Positions 10,962 to 22,900 of a DNA stretch of 64,000 bases are shown piece by piece. The position numbers and the translations under genes are program-made. The notes below the pieces were generated by a model that saw nothing but the letters and a program-made list of their open reading frames with translations, was not told where the DNA came from and ran no database searches. Position 1 is the stretch's first letter, and each line of letters opens with the position of its first letter. Source of the DNA: Macrostomum lignano (Eukaryota); assembly GCA_002269645.1 (NCBI GenBank), contig NIVC01002156.1, forward strand, positions 1 to 64,000. The letters run 5' to 3'.

Positions 10962-13900
10962 GTTCATTGAAAGAAAAACAATGATGAAACTCAACAAACC
11001 GAAAAATCATTAACCCGCCCCCTCCACCAGATGCAAAACCTGTCCAACATAGTGCTAAGCCCGTTGGAAACTTTCATCAAAGTGGAAATGAAGTCCGACA
11101 TGAAGAAAGGCTTCGACAAGGCATTGAAAGAATACGAATCAAAATTCGACAAGATTCGTAAAGAAAAGATTCAAGCCGCTAAAGAGGCTGGTCACACCAA
11201 GACAGACGTGTCAATGACCGAGGTAAACAATAGATTGGACCCATTTGTCTATTTTCTTGACTTAGAAATTGAAGCTAGTCAATAAAAGTAGATTAATATC
11301 CACTGAATATCGACATCGTCTCACAGCAACCAGGGCTGAAGCAATGCTGCCCATTCTACCGAATCTTAAGCACATTCTTGAGCACGCGCTCACACACACG
11401 CTCACATAAGGTGTACAACAGCTCCGGCTTTCTAATCGTTCAAGGCGTGTACACTCTCTGTGCTTTGGCGGTTGGCCCAAATTTGCTGTGAATCGCACGG
11501 CAACACTAATCTCCATTTTCTTACACACAAGCCCCGTATAAATGTGGGCCGCTCACAGAATCGAACCACGGGCCGTGTTGCAAGAGACTCAGACTCGTTT
11601 ATTGAAATAAAAAAGACAAAAGCAAAGACAAACATTTAATTAATATTCATTCTTCTTAGACAACTGCTATATAAGTTCCGTGCTTAAAAAATAATTCTAG
11701 TTGTATATATGTGCACTCTAAACATGAAAACTTTATTAATATCTATAACTTGCTTACTATAAAATGAAATGATCCGATACTAAAAAAAAACACTGCCTTG
11801 CAGATTCAAGAGGAACTTGAACGGGAACGGCGGTCCTTGCAGCTGCAACTGTGCGAGGTTTGTTCTAGTTTAATAAAACATACCTGTTACTGTTTCTTGA
11901 TACTTTTGTTCACCTCTATCAAACGCTGTTTTTTAAATACTAGAGATAATATACAGCATAGTTCTAAATAAGTGTTTTTTCACTCTGCTCATTTTTTTCT
12001 CGCAATATGGTCCAAGAAACGGGTCTATGCAGGTTTATTTTGCGTGCAAGTAAATTGCTTTGGACAGACAGATAATAATAGTAGTAGGAATAATAAGAAT
12101 GCCAGCCACAATAATGTAAAATATCCAATAAGAATGGTAAGTAAGTTTGTTACTCAGTTTAGAAAGAGTAGATATAATACAGGATCGAGTGGTCTCTCGA
12201 GTTGCTATGGAATTGAGGAAAAATAAGAGATATTTGTACAGAAAAAATAGTCGACAAAGCAAATTATTAAAAGCAGAGCGGCACCGAGTGTACGATAAAA
12301 ATATGTGCTTTTATACATTGGTTGTAACTTGGCAGGTTGCTTTATTCTCAGATCATCAAAAGTTCGGGCCCGTTAGGCGTGGAAGCTAGATTGGCATTGA
12401 GACGGAGAGTGTATGCGTATACAATAATAATAATATAAATTGCAGACAAGCTGGTCTGGCGTTTGATAAGAAGCTGCCTATTGATATTGCAATAATATTA
12501 ATTTAGATCTTAGAATAATAATAATAATAATGGATTAGAATGTGGAGCTGCTTTACCGAAAGAAATGTCGTTATAGAATGCAAGATATTGTGTGCTCAAA
12601 ATGGATCTCACATGCATCTGTCTCGTCTTCTTGTTGCGTCTTTCGAATGTGTCGAATGTCTCTGTCTGCATTATGTTAGATGAATTATTTAACATTATTA
12701 AATAAACTCCGTACCCTCTAGCGGTGTGTCGAATACGCGGACCATTTGGTAGCACTTTGGTCGCCTAACATTGCCGCCTCCTACGTGTAGAATCTGGGCC
12801 TTGCCTTTTGATAATCGGCGCTTACCGATTCGTCTGCCAGTTTTATTTCCAGGCCGGCGTTGCCTTGTCGCCGATCTAGCGGAGCTTGCATTAGTTTGGC
12901 TTCCAGTTGCAACAGCAGCCTCTTGCGTTGGTACTATTGGAAGTTGTTCGTCTTCATCGGCGTCTTCTATCGTTTCGAATGCCGTATCGGTTGTTGTTGT
13001 TATTGGCGCAATTGGTTTGTTTGTCGCTGTCCGTGTTCTTGCTGCTTTTACTTCTGCTTCTGCTGCTTGGCGTTTGAGGTCCTCTAAAATGCGGCTGTAG
13101 ATATCGGCTAGAGCTGCATCCGCTGCGTTGCCTTCTAGTACGCTGCGCTCTCTTAACTGAGCAATCTGGTTTGCTAGCGTCTCTGCTACGTCTTCGTTCA
13201 CATTTTGGTGGTCCTGTTCGACTTCTTGTGCCGCCTGCCAGTGCTGGGCTTCCTGTTCCAGCTCGTCTAGTCCGACTTTGTCTTCCGCTTCGGAAACTGA
13301 CTCGCACCGGATTAAGTCGTGCTCCGCAGCTATCTCATCCTCCTGCTCGGTCTCTTCGTTAGCGACGAATTTCTCTTCGTTGGCGTCTTCTGTTAGATTT
13401 TTGCGCGGGCGTCGCTTGATCTTGACGAAGCTGACGTGGCCGGGTTTAACTGAATCGCACAGTTGAGGACTGTCGCCTTCGTTGACGAACAGATACGGGC
13501 TGTCCGAGACAGATACTAGTTGTTCAACTTGCTGCTGCTGCTGCTGGTTGGCGTCGGACGATATGTTTATATTGCTAGCATTTTTAGCATTACGACGAGC
13601 GTCGCGGTTTTTGTTGTGCTTCAACAGGGCTTGCGGATCGGCGGTTGGCGGCTTGCCTAGTCTCAGGTTTAGGTAAACGCTCTTGATGTCAGCAAGTTTC
13701 TCCATCTCGCTACGGATCATGTAGTTTGACGCTTTCTCGCTCCGATTCAGGTCCAGGATTACTCCCAACCGCACGTCTGCGAACGTGTTCTGAAGATTTG
13801 GATTTAGTTGGAAGTCGATCTCGTCATCAAAGCTATATGGCGGAAATTCAGCTTCCAAAAAGCGAATCAGCTGTCTGCTGTGCAACAAGACGTGATATAA

Positions 13901-16900
13901 AATTCCAATCAGTCGCTTTATAGTCCTAGCTAGAATAAGACGCTTGTTATTTGCCTTCTTAGTCGGATCAACGTGCGCATGTTTCTGCTTTTTATCGCCC
14001 TTCTGCATCTTATTTAACTTGTCAATATTGTCGAATTGCTGCTGTAGCAGATTTAACAGTAGCACGGCAGCGTTGCGCGCGTCGCGATTCTGCATTTCCA
14101 CCAGCTTTTTCTTGGCCTTGACCGCATCCGGTGGCAAATTGTTGCCTCCTTTGCCTTTCTTCTTTTTGGGCGGCGGTTCAATTACAAATAAGCCGCGCTT
14201 GATGTACACGTCTACAGTGTCTAGTAGCGGTTGTAAAGGCGTCTTGTTAGCCACTTTGGCGCCAGTTTTCAGCGCGTGCAGCAGCACTCTAGTGGCTTCG
14301 GACGCATACGGCCCTGGGTCAGAGGCCGAGTTCTTGCCTTTCTTAGCCGCGGCGGCATTGTTATTAGCGTTGGCGCCGGGGTCCTCAGCCTCGTAGCCCG
14401 CATCGTAGTCTTGAGCTTGGGCCATCACAATCTGCGGATTATAACCGTCGGCAATCATCTCTTTGATACAATTTCGAACCTCTTCGTAGCGCACTCTGGT
14501 CTGCTGATAGCTGGCGTAATCTTCGGCGATTTCCATTAACGATTTCGTGCCAATCATTCGAGCACCGTGCGGCAGGTTATCCACTTCGATTAGTCCGGTT
14601 TGAACGCGTTGATTTTCATTTTTCGGATTAACAATCGACATTGGCAAGCGTTGGAATTTGTAAAACGCCGGATCAAAAGTCATGTTATGTACGAGGCGAG
14701 CTAGCGGCAACAATGGTCGTTCGTTCATCAGCCACAGACAGTAATCTAACCAGTCCGTGAAGTAGTAGGCTCGACGTTCGTATCTCCGTCTTGCTGGCAT
14801 GCAGATTGGCTCTAGTGCCTCCCACTTGTTCATTAGCATGTCGGGCACGTATTCGTAGCAACCGCTTCGTAGAACGATCACCGACAGCGGGTAGGCGTGA
14901 AAATCTCCAGTGACCGTGTCTTGGACGTGAGTGGCGTACTGCGGCTCCTTCAACGTGTAAAGCGCATCTCCTATGGGATCTCGATAAGCCAGAGCCATTT
15001 TCACCACGTCGACCTGTGATTATTGGGGAATGGCAGTTGTGAATATTTTAATTTAGACTTTGATATCGAGTTAGTTACCTGTGTTAACAACTATCCAATT
15101 ATCGTGAGTGTCAATAATGACCTACTTGTCAATAAGTTTATTTCCATGACACCCCATTCTCTCTATCTTATGCTCCTCGATTCAATAGATGATTAAATTT
15201 AAGTTTTAAAAAGAGACTTACACTCTTCAGATAGAAGGCCATTCCGAGCACAGTTAGATAGATAATCGCCTGCTTGTGAAACAGACTGTTAGCAGATGGA
15301 TCGGCGCTATTGTACATTTGGGGATGGTCTAACAGTTGAAAGTAGCTAGTCTTGAACGCTTCCGGTTTCAACTCCATCTTGCGTCTGATCCGATCAACGT
15401 CTTGATTTTTTAGCATGGACGCTAGCCAGCGGGTATTAGGATGATCTAGAGTATAGTACTTCGGTATGGCATAATAGAAGCACGTGTCCAAACCGTACAA
15501 TGGATCCAAATAGGCCGATGGCGTTGGAAGCTTCACCATTTCTTTAATTAGTTGCTTAGCAGTTTGCTAGCTAGACTGAGCGTGTAGTTGAGCTTCTGCA
15601 CGAATAGTGCCGCAAGATTAGTTAAAGAGAAGATGGATGGACCTGGCTCGATCGCATTTTAGTGCCATAGACTATTAATTTTCTGACCTTTGTGAGTTGT
15701 CAGTTTGATAGTTTTTGTTATTTAGTCGATAAATTTGTTAATTCCATAATTTTTTGTTTTCAGTTTTTCATCAAAGCCAACGACGTGAAAACTAAGAAAC
15801 GTTCGGGCCTGATGCAGTATTTGATTGACTATTATACTGCTCAGATGATGTGAGAGTTTTCTCTGTTTAATTGATTGAATTTCTGGGTGATTTGAACAAC
15901 TTGCTCTTTCTGAACTTAAAAAAACAATCATTCTTAGCTTCATCTATATGATTATATTATTCAGAGAATGTTAGGGATATGCTATCCATCAGGAATCTAC
16001 CCTTCTTTTCATATAATTTCTAACATTCTATCCGTCTAAATCTACCATTCTATCCTTCTGATATTTATCATTCTATCCGTCTAATATCTACCATTCTATC
16101 CTTCTGATATTTAGCATTCTATCCGTCTAATATCTACCATTCTATCCTAATATCTACCATTCTATCCGTCTAATATCTACCATTTTATCCTTCTAATATT
16201 TAGCATTCTATCCGTCTAATATCTACCATTCTATCCGTCTAATATCTACCATTTTATCCTTCTAATATTTAGCATTCTATCCGTCTAATATCTACCATTT
16301 TATCCTTCTAATATTTACCATTCTATCCGTCAAATATCTACCATTTTATCCTTCTAATATTTACCCATTCTATCATAATATCTACCATTCTATCCTTCTA
16401 ATATTTACCATTCTATCCGTCAAATATCTACCATTCTATCCTTCTAATATACTTTATCATTCTATCCTAATATCTCTCTTCTATCCTTTAGGGATCCTTT
16501 TTCTATCCATCACGGATCTACCATTCTATCCTTCAGGATCAACCATTCTATCCTTCAGGGATCTACCATTCTATTCTTCAGGGATCTACCATTCTATCCT
16601 TCTGGATCTACTATTCTATCCTTCAGGATCTGCCATTCTATCCTTCACGATCTACCATTCTATCCTTCAGGGATCTAACATTCTATCCTTCTGGATCTAC
16701 CATTCTACCCTTCAGGGATCTACCATTCTATCCTTTAGGATCTACCATTCTATCCTTCAGGATCTACCATTCTATCCTTCAGGGATCTAACATTATATTA
16801 GTGACGCAAATATTCCAATTCAGCATATTTGCAGTGAATTTACACAATGTCAAATTATTATCAAACCTTAAAGGTACTTCGAAGAGTCGGTGAAAACTCT

Positions 16901-19900
16901 CAAACACCTTGGCTGCTACATGCAAGACATGGTCGGCACTGTTGAAGAATTACGCAGCGAGCAAGACGAAGAAAGGCGAACTCTGGTACGCCTGAGAGAC
17001 GAACTCAGGACCGCCATGGCCGAGAAAGAGGTAAATAATTTCTCTTTGAGACTTTGCTCGTAAGCGATTACATTAACGATATGTTGCGTAAAAAACTTAA
17101 TTACAGACGCATATCTTCGTCTTTTTTTAATTCTAGTTTAAAAAGAGGTTTGTTTATCTACTTGTATATAAGACTGAATTGCCTGCTTTGATTGGTCAAG
17201 ATAATAATTGAAAATTGAAATAAATATAGAGATAAAATCGTACAAAATAGTGATAATTATGATTTATGAGCACAGGAATATCATATGCGACATTTTTACA
17301 ATGTCAATATGTGAATACAATCGCTAAATGATGATTGCGTTGACTGGTTTCAACTTTTCTTACTGACGATTTTTCTGGCATTCTTTGGCAACAATTAACA
17401 AAGTATGTTTTTAATGATAAATTAGCCATTTATAAAAAATTGCTTGAAGTATGTTATGTATGCTGAAGTTTTTAATTGTGCTCATTTTATTTTATTATTT
17501 TCAAATCAAAATCAGCTGACTAGCCATCCCAGGAGAATGTCGTCGGTAAGACAATAACACCGATTATTTATTAGTATTTTTGTTATTTTGTATTTTTAAC
17601 GTTGTTGTAACTGTGGAAATTTCGTAGCCGTGTGCTTGTCTGTTACTATTTTTAGAAACTCTTTGAGCTGTAAAGTACGTTTTCCAGGTCGTTTATGCTA
17701 TTATCTGCATGGAATATCTACTATGATATCAATGCCTTGTAGTAAGCCATGTGACTTCTAAGCTATTTGAAGGGTTATTCTTTTTGAATAGATAGGAGTA
17801 GAAGAGCGTAGGCAACGCCCAAAATATGCTGAATAATGAAACTGTTAGGATGTACTTTATCAACCCGTTCTCTTCAATTATGTCATATCTGTCGTCTTTG
17901 TTATCTTTTTGTAGTTTTTATGCTATTGTATTTTTTTGTTTTAAAACAATCATATTTTGTGTTTCTGAAAGCCCAATTAGTTAGTATCGTAGATAGCCTT
18001 ATCGTTTTTTTTATTAGATACAAAAACCTTGGTGCCAACCCTATAAATGCCAAAAATACTGATTTTAAACTCAATTAAATCCAAAATGCACACGCCAAAA
18101 GCCAATCCCCAAACCCCCGTTTCAAATGTACACACGCCTGAAGCCAACCCCCGAACTCCCGTCCCCAATGTAGACCCGCCTGAAGCCAACCTCCGAACTC
18201 CCGTCCGCAATGTACACACGCCTGAAGCCAACCCCCGAACTCCCGTCCCCAATGTACACACGCCTGAAGCCAACCCCCGAACTCCCGTCCCCAATGTACA
18301 CACGCCTGAAGCCAACCCCCCGAACCCCCGTCCCCAATGTACACACACCCCGAAGCCAACCCCCGAACCCCCGTCCCCAATGTACAGACGCCTGAAGCCA
18401 ACCCCCCGAACCCCCGTACCCAATGTACACACGCCTGAAGCCAACCCCCGAACTCCCGTCCGCAATGTACACACGCCTGAAGCCAACCCCCGAACTCCCA
18501 TCCCCAATGTACACACGCCTGAAGCCAACCCCCCGAACCCCCGTCCCCAATGTACACACGCCTGAAGCCAACCCCCCGAACTCCCATCCCCAATGTACAC
18601 ACGCCTGAAGCCAACCCCCGAACCCCCATCCCCAACGTACACACGCCTGAAGCCAACCCCTGAACTCCCATCCCCAATGTACACACGCCTGAAGCCAACC
18701 CCCCCGAACTCCCGTCCCCAATGTACACACACCCCGAAGCCAATCCCCTGAACCCCCTTCCCCAATATACACACGCCTGAAGCCAACTCTCTATTTAATC
18801 TGCAAATCTTTTCCTTTCTACATTAAAGACAGCCGGTGTTCTCACCTCTGGCGGCTCGTTCTCCCTATCTGGCGTTGGCAACACCGCCGCCTCCTCAGCC
18901 GGTAGTGGCGCCGTTGGCGCTGCGTCTGGCTCTGCGGCTGCCGCAGCACCGGGTGGCACGGCAAATTCCGCTTCATCGTCCTCCGGGGCGGGCTACTCTC
19001 TTCATCAGAGCCAGGGTAACCGGGCCCACGGCACCTGCAAAATCGGCTACCTAATGAAACGCTCCGAAGGCAAAGTGAAGCGAGTCTGGCAGAAACGACG
19101 CGCCACCGTAGACGAAGACAGATTCCTGCTGTACCACGCCGACGAATCGAAGCCGCCAGTATCGCTATTGCTGCTCACCTGTCAGGTGCGACAATCGCCC
19201 GAGGATCGAAGCAAACGCGCCTTCCGTTTGATATCGAATAATCGGACATATTATTTCCAGTGCGACTCAGGGCCAGAGGCCGAGCACTGGGTATCCGTGC
19301 TGAATAATGCCAAAGAGAAAGTCTTCCAGGCTGCCATGGGCGCGCCTCTGTCTAGCGGAGCCGGCGTCGATGGCTCTGACGGAGTCAGCAATCCGTCGGA
19401 GAATTTAAGGGCCGCTATAATTAGAGAGATTCGCAATCTGCCAGGGAATAATGTCTGTGCCGACTGCTGCGCGCCTGGTTAGTGGCTTTTTTTCTAGGGA
19501 TTTCCTGTAGGATTCTCCATAGGATTCCCCATCGGAATTACTCATAGGATTCCCATCGGGATTCCCCATAGGATTCCCCATAGGATTCCCCATCGAAATT
19601 ACTCAGTATTCCCCATAGGATTCCCAACGGGATTCCTCATAGGATTCCTAACGGGATTCCCCATAGGATTCCTAACGGGATTCCCCATAGGATTCCCATC
19701 TGGATTCCCCATAGGATTCCTAACGGGTTTCCTCATATGATTCCCAACGGGGTTCCTCATAGGATTGTTTCCTCATAAGATTCCTAACGGGGTTCCTTAT
19801 AGGATTTCCATCGGGATTCCCCATATGATTCTTAACGGGTTTCCTCATAGGATTCCCAACGGGGTTCCTTATAGGATTTCCATCGGGATTCCCCATATGA

Positions 19901-22900
19901 TTCCCAACGGGGTTCCTCATAGGATTCCCAACGGGGTTCCTCATAGGATTTCCATCGGGATTCTCCATAGGATTCCCATCTGGATTCTCCGATTCTCTGT
20001 AATCCCATTAACTTTCTGTTTTGATTCCACCTCGCCGCTGGGCTGTATCAACTCTTCTAGCTGTCATACTACCGTCTTTGCCGCCCTATCAGATCCGGAA
20101 TGGATGAGCACAAACCTAGGCGTGCTAATCTGTCTGGAGTGCTGCGGCATACACAGAGACCTCGGCGTGCACATCAGCCGCACACAGTCGCTGGTGATGG
20201 ACGATCTGACCACTGCCCAGCTGCTGGTCAGTCGGTTTGTCGGCAACAAAATGTTCAACGAAGTATTCGAAGCTGTTATGCCCGAGAATGTGAAACCGCG
20301 GGCGGCTCTCAATAATTCTGTGGATTTGTAAGTTTTCTTTACTTAATATTGCACCCTTGATTTCGCCTCAGGCGCTAAATTGTCGCTAAAGTCTCATCTG
20401 TGGCGCTAATTTGGCGCTAAAGTCTCATCTGTGGCGCTAATTTGGCGCTAAAGTCTCATCTGTGGCGCTAATTTGGCGCTAAGGTCTCATCTGTGGCGCT
20501 AATTTGGCGCTAAATTCTCATCTGTGGCGCTAATTTGGCGCTAAAGTCTCATCTGTGGCGCTAATTTGGCGCTAAAGTCTCATCTGTGGCGCTAATTTGG
20601 CGCTAAAGTTTCATCTGTGGCGCTAAATTGGTGCTAAAGTTTCATCTGTGGTGCTAAATTGGTGCTAAAGTCTCATCTGTGGTGCTAAATTGGCGCTAAA
20701 GTCTCATCTGTGGTGCTAATTTGGCGCTAAAGTCTCATCTGTGGTGCTAAAGTGGCGCTAAAGTCTCATCTGTGGTGCTAAATTGGCGCTAAAGTCTCAT
20801 CTGTGGCGCTAATTTGGTGCTAAAGTCTCAACTGTGGCGCTAATTTGGCGCTAAAGTCTCATCTGTGACGCTAATTTGGCGCTAAAGTCTCATCTGTGAC
20901 GCTAAACTCTTATCTTTGGCGCTAAAATATTACCGGGACTCAGCCCTTCCCCTCCTAGCCAGAAATAGTTCACTTCACCGCACTGCCTTCACCCCCACCC
21001 CCGCCTCGTATCCTCAGGCAACAGCTGATGGACACTCGCAAAATATTCATCCGCGCCAAGTACGTCGACAGGTGCTACGTATTTCACACCGTAGAGACCA
21101 GCTCAGACTCGCCCGACTCTGTTGGAGGCCTACAATCGTTGAAAAGCGACTTATTAAAAGCTGTCCGGCATCAGAACATGCCGCTACTGCTGCAGGCATT
21201 CGCAGAAGGCTGCGATCTGCTGGCTCAGTATAGTAACGGCGAAACGGCTGTGCACATCCTGCTCAGAGAAGGCGACGAGTCCATCTGCCTAGCTATTGTA
21301 GATTTCATATTGCAGAACTCGCCGGCTAGTGCGTTGAAACGGGCCACAGTGTCAACTGGGGAGACCCTGCTGCACTACTGTGTCAATTATAATCGGCCAG
21401 ATTGTTTAAAACTGTGTTTGAGAACTTCTCTGTCGGCTAGCGCTGTTGCTAGGAACCATGCCGGCTTGACTGCAGCAGATATCTGCGAACAGCTCAGCTT
21501 CCCCATTTGCGCCGATCTGGTCAGTGTTTTGAGTCTGCTGCTTTTGAGTAGCCTTTTTGTGACGTCTAAATGTAGAAAGAGAAACTAGTGGAAGAGTTGT
21601 GAGAAGGTTAAGGCTTTTAGAGGGAGAGCTATGGGAATGTTAAGGCTTAGAGTGGGAGAACTAATAGAAGGCTAATGCTTACGGTGAGAGAACTAATGGA
21701 AGGCTGATGCTTACAGTGAGAGAACTATTGGAAGACTAATGCTTACAGTGAGAGAACTAATGGAAGGCTAATGCTTACAGTGAGAGAACTAATGGAAGGC
21801 TAATGCTTACATTAAGAGAACTAATGGACGGCTAATGCTTACATTAAGAGAACTAATGGACGGCTAATGCTTACAGTGAGAGAACTAATGGAAGACTGAT
21901 GCTTACAGTGAGAGAACTATTGGAAGACTAATGCTTACAGTGAGAGAACTAATGGAAGGCTAATGGTTACAGTGAGAGAACTAATGGAAGGCTAATGCTT
22001 ACATTAAGAGAACTAATGGACGGCTAATGCTTACAGTGAGAGAACTAATCGAAGGCTAATGCTTACAGTGAGAGAACTAATGGAAGGCTAATGCTTACAG
22101 TGAGAGAACTAATGGAAGGCTAATGCTTACAGTGAGAGAACTAATGGAAGGCTAATGCTTACAGTGAGAGAACTAATGGAAGGCTAATGCTTACAGTGAG
22201 AGAACTAATGGAGAGCTAATGCTTACAGTGAGAGAACTAATGGAAGGCTAATGCTTACAGTGAGAGAACTAATGGAAGGCTAATGCTTACAGTGAGAGAA
22301 CTAATGGAAGGCTAATGCTTACAGTGAGAGAACTAATGGAGAGCTAATGCTTTCGAGCTCCTACAATGAGAAAGTAAGTTATAAAGTTAAGGCTAAGGAC
22401 AGAATAGTTTAGTTTAGGTTAGAAGCTGGTCTCTTGATGAGCAAAACCCGATACCCAGCATAACAAGAATTGCATTTCGCTATTTTATTTTCACAGCTTC
22501 GCTCGCTAGAGAACGGCAACACCGCCATATTCGAAAACGTGACCAATTTCGAATGGCGCCTATCCGGCGCCGGCGGAGTCAGCGGCGCCGACGATATGTA
22601 CCCTTCGGCCGATTATTTCTCCGACGATGAGACCGCGTCCACCGGCGCTGGAGCCGCCGCCGCCGTAGTGCCTGACGACTTCCCCCAGCTACGCACGCTG
22701 ACCTCGTCGTCGGGAGCATCTGGAGGCGGTGTCGGCGGCGGCGGCTCAGCCACTCTGGCAGGCGTAGGCGGTGGTGGCAGCGGTCGGCGGCGCGGCTGGT
22801 CCTACTATCCGTCGCCTAGTAAGTCGGTTACGTCGACACCGAAAGCGACGCCGACGATGTCGTCTGCCTCGCCCATGCAGCAGCAGTCATCCGCTGCCTC

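Noticed and set aside
12771-14539. Plus-strand ORFs overlapping the nested gene
   Set aside because: Antisense shadows of the 769-aa minus-strand ORF
18047-18786. Several 170-270 aa ORFs on both strands
   Set aside because: Translations of the 42-bp intronic array; the ASAP exons splice around it
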